Below, one piece after another: positions 9,401 through 20,145 of a DNA stretch of 64,000 nucleotides. Location of the stretch: assembly GCA_034520945.1 (NCBI GenBank), contig JAXHNB010000006.1, forward strand, positions 512,001 through 576,000, written 5' to 3'. The notes under the pieces are model-generated. The model did no database searches, had not been told where the DNA came from, and saw nothing but the letters and a program-made list of their open reading frames with translations. This DNA is from Trueperaceae bacterium. GTDB lineage: Bacteria > Deinococcota > Deinococci > Deinococcales > Trueperaceae. A program made the position numbers and the translations under genes. The stretch's first letter is position 1; every line of letters starts with the position of its first letter.

Positions 9401-9680
9401 CCTCGATCTCGGGCGCCTGCAGCGGTTCCCGGCCGGTGGAGACCCACAGTTCCGACAGGATCTCGAACAGGACGCGCTTGTCGCTGAGCTTGCCCTTGTC
9501 GCGGTAGATGATGTTGCGCACCACGTTGGGGTTGGCGCCCCGCGCCTCCATCTGCCGCCTAAGCCAGTTGATGCTGCCCAGCATGCCGTGCTCGTCGCGG
9601 CGCGTTCCGACCGCGTCGCGAACCTGCTCGAACAGGCTGCGCCAGGGGCTGGCGTGCGCTCGGGGCGTGGACGCGGACAT
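6492..9680 (-). CDS. Large uncharacterised protein: N-terminal HTH-like region, P-loop NTPase, C-terminal TPR-like helical repeats (STAND-like)
   Basis: Real-looking part of ORF 6492..11240 starts MSASTPRAH at ATG 9680 (TACGAT 6 nt upstream); Walker A GRPGSGKT at 9249-9272; Ala/Leu-rich repeats such as GEVLMALGRLHEAGEAFDRAV. Confidence 0.8.
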   Translation of the reverse strand: MSASTPRAHASPWRSLFEQVRDAVGTRRDEHGMLGSINWLRRQMEARGANPNVVRNIIYRDKGKLSDKRVLFEILSELWVSTGREPLQAPEIEVVLSPGGSAEQEVLQLLGREKRRAFRTFVRKVREGERPKLLVTGRPGSGKTMLSDYLQEALQVPPAPDVHVVRTEFGGGDLGASLVGLGEALHVPRATMEGRLAKVGTAGAFAVQADAQADVARAILEAARALERPPVLLLHVSQALQAQEDLGGATLRLNTPDVPRASAPAWLWTTLLEPLSHEPSVCVLVSMTDLPGRALRQPGGFEGPIKLAPPTTGEARRFVKARLPHLPTGQQEEIVQRAGRSFEQLRTMTLLAEIRAPLPHGDEGTAASVARLGDMVTGGGDDRIRDFLAALATVSLPEFPTFELGTLRAALPPDHRDLTPLELAFIDKAPGNDDAYRCFSRQLVRALRDRLATRAPERCRALHAAVAESLREAATADAGGEAAARRVHHLFEARQWEALLAWMRRYGVSQTLVRRAWSAACEELAGRDVDTFEQVAEQVASHYVALGSYRHGDARAAFEALARSERPRPRAWARLKEAEGAVLHGQYEHAEAALADRPALDDPLLEAEASLVTASIARWRGDLAAAANIVERDARPRLHALGDRGAAERLAHAKAAVWAGLIHKDRGDLVAAYREFRSVEPEDELVQARLSFQSGEVLMALGRLHEAGEAFDRAVRSAERSGALESERTRYLARRATLLRRRGRLDAAGEDLGAARMILDDTDEDEVEVGFWRARVDDEHAMVLLAHGRHDAAIAASLGAIERYRTYGDAHGVDAAFRIDRAVLRLATAYAARALGTAWVPPFPQPCRAAAPGRDAATARRLLARVAARTPLHLADLDPPDVLVRRAHLATSMLDAPEGALDAIARAAARSTHAYQHAEDRAHAASAHLRAGDPQAARAALNEAWAYLAQVDAHGADPGLRAWLHALGLRAATHADDRTAAFDALAQLLDDDLPDAMRRAALRAFGDALEGHGRDDWLTHPAMPGAVRGAPEHDLLRLGDLLATRWRGGAAVPRATQPVRGT

Positions 9681-9857
9681 TGCCGCATCGTACCGTGCGC
9701 GCCGAACGGGTACACACCCGTGGGAAACGCGCCTGTGCCGGCCGAACGGGCCCAGGTGCGCCCCATCGCCTCGAAGGTACACACCGGGAGGGGCGGTGGC
9801 GGCCGGTGCCCGTGCGGGCCACGTGCTGGCCGGAACGCCGGTGCTAGACTCACCGCC

Positions 9858-11003
9858 ATGGATCTCCTGAGCCACGCCGCCAGCGGGGCGCGCTTGACGC
9901 CGGCCGAGGCAGAGGCCCTGACGCGGGTCCCGCTGTTCTCGCTCGCGGGCGCGGCCCACGCCGTGCGCCGCATGCGGACCGACCCGGACACGGTCACCTA
10001 CCTGATCGACCGGAACGTGAACTACTCCAACGTGTGCACCATCGGGTGTTCGTTCTGCGGCTTCTACCGGACGCGGCGGCAGGACGACGCCTACGTGCTC
10101 GACTTCTCCGAGATCAGCGACAAGGTTCGCGAGCTCGAACGGGTCGGCGGCACCCGCATCCTGATGCAGGGCGGGGTGCACCCCACGCTGCCGTTCTCGT
10201 GGTACCTGGACCTGATGCGGCACCTCAAGGAGCACCACCCCACCATTCGCGTGGAAGCGTTCAGTCCGGAAGAGATCAAGGGCCTGGCCAAGCTGACCGG
10301 CATGTCCAGCCTGGAGGTGCTGCGGGCGCTGCAGGAGGCGGGGCTGGACGGCCTGCCGGGCGGTGGGGGCGAGATGCTGGTGGACGAGGTCCGCCACGCG
10401 AAGCACATCTCGCCGGCGCGCATCTCCAGCGACGAGTGGATCCTCGTGATGGACGAAGCCCAGTCGTTGGGCCTCTACACCACCGCCACCATGGTCATCG
10501 GCTTCGGCGAGAGCGACGCGCAACGCGTAGAGAGCATGATGCGGATTCGCGACCAGCAGGACGCGGCCCTCGCCAGGTATGGCAACGGGTTCTCCGCGTT
10601 CATCTCGTGGACGCTGCAGACCGACGGCGTCCGCATCCAGGGCAAGGTCCCGGGGGCGGGGTCGGACGCCTACCTCCGCAACGTCGCCATCGCGCGCCTG
10701 TTGCTGGACAACGTGCCGAACCATCAGGCGTCGTGGCCGACGATGGGCTACAAGGTGGCCCAGACCGCCCTGTTCTTCGGCTGCAACGACTTCGGCAGCA
10801 CCATGCTGGAGGAGAACGTCGTCTCGCAAGCGGGGGCGCGCCACCGGGCCACGCCCGAACGCGAGATCGTGCGGCAGATCGTCGACGCCGGGTTCGTCCC
10901 CAAGCAGCGCGACAGCCTCTACGGCGTGGTGTCCGTACCGGACGTGGAGGCGATGTTGGCGGCCCCCTCCGGCTCCGAAGCCGAGGCGGCGCCGGGCGCG
11001 TGA
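9858..11003 (+). CDS. mqnC: Cyclic dehypoxanthinyl futalosine synthase (radical SAM)
   Basis: YLIDRNVNYSNVCTIGCSFCGF (CxxxCxxC), LMQGGVHP, GCNDFGSTMLEENVV; start ATG 9858 after TAGACT. Confidence 0.9.
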   Translation: MDLLSHAASGARLTPAEAEALTRVPLFSLAGAAHAVRRMRTDPDTVTYLIDRNVNYSNVCTIGCSFCGFYRTRRQDDAYVLDFSEISDKVRELERVGGTRILMQGGVHPTLPFSWYLDLMRHLKEHHPTIRVEAFSPEEIKGLAKLTGMSSLEVLRALQEAGLDGLPGGGGEMLVDEVRHAKHISPARISSDEWILVMDEAQSLGLYTTATMVIGFGESDAQRVESMMRIRDQQDAALARYGNGFSAFISWTLQTDGVRIQGKVPGAGSDAYLRNVAIARLLLDNVPNHQASWPTMGYKVAQTALFFGCNDFGSTMLEENVVSQAGARHRATPEREIVRQIVDAGFVPKQRDSLYGVVSVPDVEAMLAAPSGSEAEAAPGA

Positions 11004-11007
11004 CGCT

Positions 11008-12201
11008 GTGAGCCTCCGCCGCGTGCGGTGGGAGGCGCGCGTCGCGTACGGGGGGTTCGGCACGCCGGCCTCGCCCGGCGCGGCGGTGGTGCAGGACGCC
11101 GCCGGCGAGCGGCGGTTGTTGTTCACGGGCGACCGCGACGAGGCGCGGCGGCGCTGGCCGGACGCCGAGGTCGAGGACGCCGGCTTCGCCCTGTCGCCGC
11201 CGCCTGTGAACGCCCACCTGCACCTGGACCTCTCCACCATGCCGTACCTGGAGCGCAGCTACGAGGCGTTCGTGCGGGACGTTCTGGCGCACGGCCGGCA
11301 GGGGCACCGGGGCGCGGCGGCGGCGCGCGCCGGGCTGGACGAACTCGCTGCGGCCGGGACCGATACCTTCGGCGACGTGGTCGCCGACGAGGACACCATG
11401 CACATGCTCCTGGACCGGGCCGGCCTGCGCGGCGTGGCCTACTGGGAGGTGATCGCGCCCGACCCCGCCGACGCCGAACGGGTGTTCGACGACACGGTGG
11501 CGCGCCTGCGGGCGTTCCGTGCGCGCCAGCGCCCGGACGGCCTGCGGGTGGGGCTGTCGCCGCACGCCCCGCACACCCTCAGCGCGCCGTTGCTTCGCGA
11601 CCTGGCGCGCCTGGCGTCGGCCAACGACCTGCCGATGCAGATCCACGTGGCCGAGACGGCCAGTGAGGCGCAGCTGCACCGTCACGGCGACGGCCCGCTG
11701 CGCGACCTGATGGGGCCGCTGCTGGCCGACTTCCGGCCCTCCGGCCTGTCGCCGGTGGGCTACCTGGCCTCACTGGGGGTGCTGGAGGCCGGACCGACCC
11801 TGGTCCACGCCGCCGACGTGGACGAGGACGACGTGGCGCGTATCCAGCACGGCGGTTGCACCGTGGTGCACTGCCCGCGCTCCAACGCGGCGTTGGGCGC
11901 CCCGAGATTCCCGTGGGAGACGTACGCCCGCCACGGCGTCACCGTCGCGTTCGGCACCGATTCGAAGGGGTCCAGCCCGTCCCTGGACGTGCAGGAGGAG
12001 GTCGCCGCCGCGGCGGCGCTGCATGGCCCGCGCGCCGCGCCGGGGGCGCTGGTGCGCGCCGCGGTGAAGGGCGGGTACCGGGCGTTGGCGCTGACGCCGC
12101 CACGCCTGGGGCGCGGGTCGGCGGCCGACGGGTTGGTGCGGTGGCACGTCCAGCCCCCCGGCGCGGCGCCGGGCGAGGCGGGACCCGTGTCCGGCGCTTG
12201 A
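11008..12201 (+). CDS. Amidohydrolase, probable aminofutalosine deaminase
   Basis: [12 protein letters not shown] (HxH), SPHAPHT, IHVAET, HCPRSN, GTDS motifs; directly follows mqnC; start position uncertain. Confidence 0.75.
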   Translation: MSLRRVRWEARVAYGGFGTPASPGAAVVQDAAGERRLLFTGDRDEARRRWPDAEVEDAGFALSPPPVNAHLHLDLSTMPYLERSYEAFVRDVLAHGRQGHRGAAAARAGLDELAAAGTDTFGDVVADEDTMHMLLDRAGLRGVAYWEVIAPDPADAERVFDDTVARLRAFRARQRPDGLRVGLSPHAPHTLSAPLLRDLARLASANDLPMQIHVAETASEAQLHRHGDGPLRDLMGPLLADFRPSGLSPVGYLASLGVLEAGPTLVHAADVDEDDVARIQHGGCTVVHCPRSNAALGAPRFPWETYARHGVTVAFGTDSKGSSPSLDVQEEVAAAAALHGPRAAPGALVRAAVKGGYRALALTPPRLGRGSAADGLVRWHVQPPGAAPGEAGPVSGA

Positions 12202-12281
12202 CACCCCGTGGGTCCGCGGCGCGCGTATCCTCGGGCCTAGACGGAGCGGACGTGCCACGTCCGCGACCAAGAGGAGGAATC

Positions 12282-12608
12282 ATGAACGAGACGCTCGTGG
12301 AACTCACCGATGACAACTTCGACGCCGAAGCGAACAACGGGCTGCTGTTGGTCGACTTCTGGGCCCCCTGGTGCGGTCCCTGCCGCATGGTGAGCCCCGT
12401 CATCGAAGAACTGGGCAGCGACTACCAGGGCAAGATCAAGGTCGGCAAGCTGAACGTCGACGATAACCAAAAGACCGCGATGAACTACCGGGTGATGTCG
12501 ATCCCGACCGTGATGCTGTTCAAGGACGGCGAGCCGGTCGAGACCATGGTCGGCGCCCAGTCGAAGAGCGCGTACCAGTCGCGCCTGGACAAGCACCTGC
12601 CTGCCTGA
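12282..12608 (+). CDS. trxA: Thioredoxin
   Basis: [22 protein letters not shown]. Confidence 0.97.
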   Translation: MNETLVELTDDNFDAEANNGLLLVDFWAPWCGPCRMVSPVIEELGSDYQGKIKVGKLNVDDNQKTAMNYRVMSIPTVMLFKDGEPVETMVGAQSKSAYQSRLDKHLPA

Positions 12609-12641
12609 GCCGCACACCGGCCAGTCTGGCCAAGGCGAGGA

Positions 12642-12671
12642 ACGCGGGCGGCCCGAAAGGGCCGCCCGCGT
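12642..12671. terminator. GC-rich hairpin between convergent genes
   Basis: ACGCGGGCGGCCC-GAAA-GGGCCGCCCGCGT perfect 13-bp stem. Confidence 0.75.
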
Positions 12672-12727
12672 GTCGTGTGGGCGCCTGCTGGGCGGCCGGG
12701 TGTCGACACGCGCCCGGCGCGGGCGCG

Positions 12728-13075
12728 TCAGTCCTGCACGTCGACGCCGGCGGGCGAGACCCGGTAGGCGGTGTCGGCCTCCTCGCCCGATACGCGGAGC
12801 ACGTAATCGTCGTCCGCGAACTCGACGACGGTCCAGCGCACCCCCTGCGGGAGGGAGAGGTCGACCAGGATGTTGGTGGCGTACACGCCGTCGCGCAGCC
12901 GTCCGATCTCCATCAGGTGCCACGCCTCCCAGGCGGTGCGGGCGGCGGGCGAGGCTTCGTCCGACGGGCCGTCCGCGGGCCGCGTCGCCGCCTGGGGCTC
13001 CGTGGTGGGGGCGCAGGCGCCGACCAGCAGGACGAGGCCGAGCGCGGCGGGAACGAGAACGCGTCGCAAGGTCAT
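12728..13075 (-). CDS. Small hypothetical lipoprotein
   Basis: MTLRRVLVPAALGLVLLVGA-C lipobox; acidic mature part. Confidence 0.7.
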   Translation of the reverse strand: MTLRRVLVPAALGLVLLVGACAPTTEPQAATRPADGPSDEASPAARTAWEAWHLMEIGRLRDGVYATNILVDLSLPQGVRWTVVEFADDDYVLRVSGEEADTAYRVSPAGVDVQD

Positions 13076-13182
13076 GCCGGCATCATCGTCGGCGCCCGGC
13101 GGCGGGAGCCAGGGGCCCCGCCGCCGGGCGTGCCGGGCCGGCGTGGCGCGCGGCCGTGCGCGCGTGCACGCCGGTGAACGGC

Positions 13183-15921
13183 TCACCAGTCGACGCGCCA
13201 GCGGTGGACGCTGCGCAGCGCCGTGTCGTCCTGCGACGTCCAGCTGGTCGAGACGCCGAGATGCTCGCCGATCACGCGCACCACGTCGGGTCCGATCTCG
13301 AGGGTGGGCAGCACGTCCGCGAGCGTCACGGCCGGCCCTTCCTCTTCCTCCTCGTCGCCTTCGCGCGTCACGCGCAGCTGGAACGGCCCTTCGCCGCGGC
13401 CATTGAAGCTGCTGGCGGCCACCCACACCTCCGTGCCCGCGGCGGGCGCGCGGAAGCGAAGTTCGGAGCGGGAGGTGCCACCGGCGTCGTCGTTGGACGC
13501 CACCACGGTGGGGACCGAGGGATCCAGCAGGTACAGGTAGGTGTCCATCGTGTCGGAGGTCATTTCGACGGTGAGCACGTCGCCTTCCTGGAAGCCCTCC
13601 AGGCGGTAGGCGCGCGCGCCCCGGTCTTCGACGAGGGGCTCATTGCCGGCCAGTTGTCCGCCGATATCGCCCGGCACGCTCAGCGCCTCGGGCGAGAACT
13701 GCTCGGGATCGAACGGGCCCGTCGCGAAGCTGACGCTGGGGGCGTCGTCGACGATGCGGGTGGTGAGGGTGTAGGGCCCGCCGCCGGAGCTGAAGAAGCT
13801 GCTGGTGCCGATCCACACCTCGCCGCCGGGCGCCGTGAAGGTCAGTGCCGAGCGCGAGGTGTCGGGCGCGTCGTCGTTGCTGTCCACCACCCGGCCGCTA
13901 ACGGGGTCCAACAGGTAGAGGTAGGTGTCCAGGGGGTCCGAGGTCATCTCGATCTCGACCGGGTCGCCCGCCTCGATCCCTTCGAGGCGGAACAGCTGGA
14001 CCTCGCGGCTGGGCAGTTCCAACGTGGGAAGCGCGCCGCTGCCGAGCTCGTACTCGGCGCTCGACGGCACGGACAGCGGTTCCGGCGTGACGCCCGAGGC
14101 GTCGAAGTCGGGCGCCTCCACGGTCCGGGCCCTGTTGCCCTCCCCGAAGGACGGCACCTGCGCTGCGCCGCCTTCGTCCTCGGCCGCCTGGAGCCCGGCC
14201 GCGATCGCGAAGGCGACCGGCTGCGTGAACACGTCCATCGTGTCGGCCAGGCCGATCAGGTCGGCCCCGGGGCGCGCGTACGACCAGGAGGTCAGGTCCG
14301 CGGGCGCCTCGTCGCGGAGCTCGGTGTAGGCCTCGTCGGCGAACGCGTCCTGCTCGCGGCCGCCGGTGACGTCGATGACGGTCTTCATGGCGCGCGTGGG
14401 GGTCGCCAACACCAGCCGGTTGTTCACCACGCCGAGGGCGACGTCGGTGGTGGGGCCGAACTGCACGCGGCGGTAGGTGGTGCCCTGGTAGCTCTCCTCA
14501 CGCACCACGATCTGCTCGGCGAAGGCCGCGAAGTCCTCGTCCTCCACCAGCCCGGCGAGGTTGCGGACGGACGTCACCATGGCGTCGATGCCGCGTTCGG
14601 CGTCCTCTTGGGAGCGCACCGTGACGGCGGTCAGGCTGGCGGGCTGTTGCACCAGCCGACGCAGGTCGGGCGAGATCGCCTCCCAGCGCGCCGACTGCAT
14701 GTCCTCGCCGATCCAGTCCAGCAGCGCCGCGTCCAGGTCCACGCCCGCGGCCTGGGCGGCGGTGCGGAGGTCGGGGGGGACCGGGGCGCCGGCCTCCGCC
14801 AGGTCGGTCAGCCACCCGTCCACGTAGCGCACCCAACCGCGCAGCGGCAGCGACGTGCCGCTCACGGCCACGGCGCCGCGTGGCACCAGGAAGGGCCCCT
14901 GCGCGCGGCAGCCTTCGCAGCGCAGCAGCGCCGCCAGCGCGTCGTCGCCCCCGGCCGGATCGACGCTCAGCACGGCCTCCTGCGTGATGCCGTCGTCGGT
15001 CAGGGTGAACCGCAACGACAGCCCGCCGATGGTGCGAAGCGCAGCCAGGCCACGGTCGCGCATCAGGCCCGCCATCGGGGGGGCCTGGTCGCCGGAGGGA
15101 AGGAATCCTTCGGCCAGGTCGGCCACCGCCGCCGTGTCCAGCGTCATGCGCAGACCGCGCGCGCCGAAGTCGGCCAGGGCCGCGCCGGCGCCGCCGTCCG
15201 CGAAGGTGGGCTCGTCCGCGCCCTCCATCCGCCGGATCGCGCCGCGCACGGCGGCGGGGTCGTTGGCCAGCAGCAGCACGTCGCCGGCCAGGGCGGCGGC
15301 CACCGGCATCTGGCCGCCTTCGAGCACGACGATGTCGTGCCCACCCTGCTGCAGCGGCTCGCCCTCGGCGCACGAGGCCAGCGCGTCCACGAGCGCTTGC
15401 GCGGTGGCGCGCGCGCCCTCGGTGGGGCGCACCTGAAGCAGGGCGGCCGGCACCGGCCGCGCGCGGCTCAGGCCGACGCTCAGCAGCGCGTCGTCTGCGT
15501 CGTGCAGCGAGACGTCGGCCAGGGCGTCGCCGGCGGCGGGGCAGATCGAGGTCAGCGCCGACATCAGTTCATCGCCGCTGGGCAGCTGGCCGAGGCCGGG
15601 CATGCCGCCCAACATGCCGCGGAGGAAGAACGGAAGATCGGCGCCGAGGTCCTGCTCGCCCATCGCCGCGGTGAGCGCGTCGAGGCCGGCGCGGGCCCCC
15701 TCCCAGTCCAGGTCGGCCAGCGCGGTGCCGAGGTCGTCGACCGGGCTCCGTTGAGGACGCAGGCCCAGGGCGAAGACCGTGTCTGCCGGGGCGTGCGCGG
15801 CCAGCGGGCGCGCCTGCGCGGTGGCGTGCGGCGCGAGCGCCGCCAGGGCCAGGGCCAGAGCGAAGACGGCGGATGTCACCCATGTCGGGCGGGCGAGGAA
15901 CCGAAGAGCGGGAACGCGCAT
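13183..15921 (-). CDS. Large exported acidic protein with two tandem PPC-like beta-sandwich repeats
   Basis: Signal peptide MRVPALRFL...ATA; SD AAGGAGG; repeated MTSDxxDTYLYLLDP...SNDDA...SRS.L.F.AP. Confidence 0.8.
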   Translation of the reverse strand: MRVPALRFLARPTWVTSAVFALALALAALAPHATAQARPLAAHAPADTVFALGLRPQRSPVDDLGTALADLDWEGARAGLDALTAAMGEQDLGADLPFFLRGMLGGMPGLGQLPSGDELMSALTSICPAAGDALADVSLHDADDALLSVGLSRARPVPAALLQVRPTEGARATAQALVDALASCAEGEPLQQGGHDIVVLEGGQMPVAAALAGDVLLLANDPAAVRGAIRRMEGADEPTFADGGAGAALADFGARGLRMTLDTAAVADLAEGFLPSGDQAPPMAGLMRDRGLAALRTIGGLSLRFTLTDDGITQEAVLSVDPAGGDDALAALLRCEGCRAQGPFLVPRGAVAVSGTSLPLRGWVRYVDGWLTDLAEAGAPVPPDLRTAAQAAGVDLDAALLDWIGEDMQSARWEAISPDLRRLVQQPASLTAVTVRSQEDAERGIDAMVTSVRNLAGLVEDEDFAAFAEQIVVREESYQGTTYRRVQFGPTTDVALGVVNNRLVLATPTRAMKTVIDVTGGREQDAFADEAYTELRDEAPADLTSWSYARPGADLIGLADTMDVFTQPVAFAIAAGLQAAEDEGGAAQVPSFGEGNRARTVEAPDFDASGVTPEPLSVPSSAEYELGSGALPTLELPSREVQLFRLEGIEAGDPVEIEMTSDPLDTYLYLLDPVSGRVVDSNDDAPDTSRSALTFTAPGGEVWIGTSSFFSSGGGPYTLTTRIVDDAPSVSFATGPFDPEQFSPEALSVPGDIGGQLAGNEPLVEDRGARAYRLEGFQEGDVLTVEMTSDTMDTYLYLLDPSVPTVVASNDDAGGTSRSELRFRAPAAGTEVWVAASSFNGRGEGPFQLRVTREGDEEEEEGPAVTLADVLPTLEIGPDVVRVIGEHLGVSTSWTSQDDTALRSVHRWRVDW
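13360..14115 (-). repeat. Two ~120-aa intragenic PPC-like repeats
   Basis: EMTSDPLDTYLYLLDPVSGRVVDSNDDAPDTSRS versus EMTSDTMDTYLYLLDPSVPTVVASNDDAGGTSRS; boundaries approximate. Confidence 0.8.
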
Positions 15922-15980
15922 ACGTGCCTCCTTGCAACGATCGAAAGGACGGGGCGACCCAACGCGCACGTGGGTCGTGG

Positions 15981-16013
15981 TTAAGGACTGCCTGCGCGTA
16001 TTCAAGGAGTGTA
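15981..16013 (-). promoter_or_regulatory. -10 box (TACACT) overlapping a direct-repeat candidate operator
   Basis: TTAAGGACTG (15981) and TCAAGGAGTG (16002) are 21 bp apart; AGTGTA at 16008-16013 reads TACACT on the minus strand. Confidence 0.4.
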
Positions 16014-16055
16014 CCGTGCTGGGCCCGGGCGCACCAACCCCAGGCGGTTCGGCCC

Positions 16056-16769
16056 TCACGAGTCCTCGGGTTCCTCCAACACCGGCGCCAGGCCCAGGTG
16101 CAGCACGTAGCGTTGCGGGCCCGTCTTGCGCTGGTAGCGCGACAACAGTGCGAACATCTCCCGCTGCAGGGCCTTGGCGTCCTGGTGGTCCAGCTGCAGG
16201 TGGTCGCGCCAGGCGGACAGCGCGGCCGGCGCGTCCGGGTCGAGCGTGGTGACGTTGGCGTCGGGTTGCACCGCCATCTGGATCTGCAGGCGCCCGCGGG
16301 CGTCCCGGTAGATGCGGGTCCCCCAGGTGCCGAGGGCCTCGCTGCGGGCCCGCACCACGTTTCGGCGCAGCAGCCGCTCGTAGCCACGCTCGCGTTGCGC
16401 CAGCGCCTCTTCCGGGGTGGCGGCGGCGCTGGCCTCGAAGGGGACGAAGAACACGTCGGCCGTGGTGCGGTAGCGCTTGACGGGCCGGCCGCGCCGCGGC
16501 TCGAACGCCGCCACCTCCAGCAACCCCACCGTCACCGCGCGCTGCACGCGCTTGAGGACCGTGTTCGGCTTCTCGCCCAAGGCGGCGGCGGCCTCGGCCA
16601 CGGTGGCGGCGCGGCTCAGGAACGGTTCCAGATGCCGCAGGGTGCGGGGGTCCAGCAGCCACGCTGCCGCGGCCGGGTCGCGGATCACCCGGCGGCGGGT
16701 CGACGGGGCGTCGTTCGGATTCGCCGCGGCCTCGTCGGGCCCGGCTCCATGTGAATGCGAGCCTTTCAT
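16056..16769 (-). CDS. Winged-helix (ArsR-like) transcriptional regulator
   Basis: [31 protein letters not shown]...RRGRPVKRY wHTH pattern. Confidence 0.75.
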   Translation of the reverse strand: MKGSHSHGAGPDEAAANPNDAPSTRRRVIRDPAAAAWLLDPRTLRHLEPFLSRAATVAEAAAALGEKPNTVLKRVQRAVTVGLLEVAAFEPRRGRPVKRYRTTADVFFVPFEASAAATPEEALAQRERGYERLLRRNVVRARSEALGTWGTRIYRDARGRLQIQMAVQPDANVTTLDPDAPAALSAWRDHLQLDHQDAKALQREMFALLSRYQRKTGPQRYVLHLGLAPVLEEPEDS

Positions 16770-16897
16770 GTCACCTAGAAGCGTACGACACTGAGGGTGT
16801 CGGCGGGCGCGTCGCCCGCCAGGGGGTCACCGGCTCCCGACGCGCACAGGGCGGACCCCGCCCCGCGCCCCGGCGCTGGGGACCGCAAGGAGGACCC

Positions 16898-19624
<2,727 letters not shown>

Positions 19625-19661
19625 GGTCCTCCCCGGCGGAGCCACCGTCCGTACCGACCCG

Positions 19662-19689
19662 CCCCGGCGCGCCCGCGCCGGGGTTTTTC
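19662..19689 (+). terminator. Rho-independent terminator after acnA
   Basis: CCCCGGCGCG-CC-CGCGCCGGGG followed by TTTTT. Confidence 0.85.
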
Positions 19690-19725
19690 ACGTCGCCGCT
19701 GGGCGCAGGGTCGTATGCTCTGCGT

Positions 19726-20145
19726 ATGCGGGACCTTCTCGTCTTCCTGGTGCTGGCCACGATCGCGTTCTTCGTCATCGGCGAGACGGTCGGTGTTCAG
19801 GTCGGCTTCGCGAGTCACACGCCGGTCTACGTCTACAAGCAGGACGGGGTCGCCAGCGCCGAGCGGCGCACGGTCACCCGCAGTGAACTGCCCATCGAGG
19901 TGCGCGGCCGGGTTCGAAACGGCACGGTGACCATCCGGGTCGTGTACCAGGATCCCGGCAGCTTTCAGGCCCGCCGAGAGGCCCGTCCCGAAGAGATCGT
20001 GTACGAGGAGAGCTTCCCTCAGGGCCGCATGGCGGCGTTGAACCGTACGTTCGACGAGGGCTCCGGCGTGTACCGCGTGGAACTGGTGTTCGAGGGCGCG
20101 ACGGGCCTGTTCCGCGTCGGCCTGCCCCGTTCGTCCGAGCTGTAG
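19726..20145 (+). CDS. Hypothetical membrane-anchored/exported protein
   Basis: MRDLLVFLVLATIAFFVIGE N-terminal TM segment; TATGCT 6 nt upstream. Confidence 0.7.
   Translation: MRDLLVFLVLATIAFFVIGETVGVQVGFASHTPVYVYKQDGVASAERRTVTRSELPIEVRGRVRNGTVTIRVVYQDPGSFQARREARPEEIVYEESFPQGRMAALNRTFDEGSGVYRVELVFEGATGLFRVGLPRSSEL

Noticed and set aside
6492..9680. Large NTPase-TPR protein as an Avs-type anti-phage system
   Set aside because: No nuclease, TIR, SIR2 or protease effector is recognisable; the context is core metabolic with host-like composition, so a regulator is more parsimonious, though defence is not fully excluded
6819..9857. 1394-aa ORF 6819..11003 (+) and 1582-aa ORF 6492..11240 (-) as giant overlapping proteins
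   Set aside because: The extensions are antisense shadows of the neighbouring real genes in high-GC DNA; true starts are ATG 9858 (+) and ATG 9680 (-), each with its own -10 box
12198..12231. TTGACA...TATCCT as the trxA promoter
   Set aside because: The spacer is 22 nt, too long for a standard sigma70 pair; TTGACA overlaps the upstream stop codon and may be coincidental
12670..15984. 1104-aa ORF on the plus strand
   Set aside because: Antisense shadow of the PPC-repeat gene; no motifs and typical reverse-frame composition
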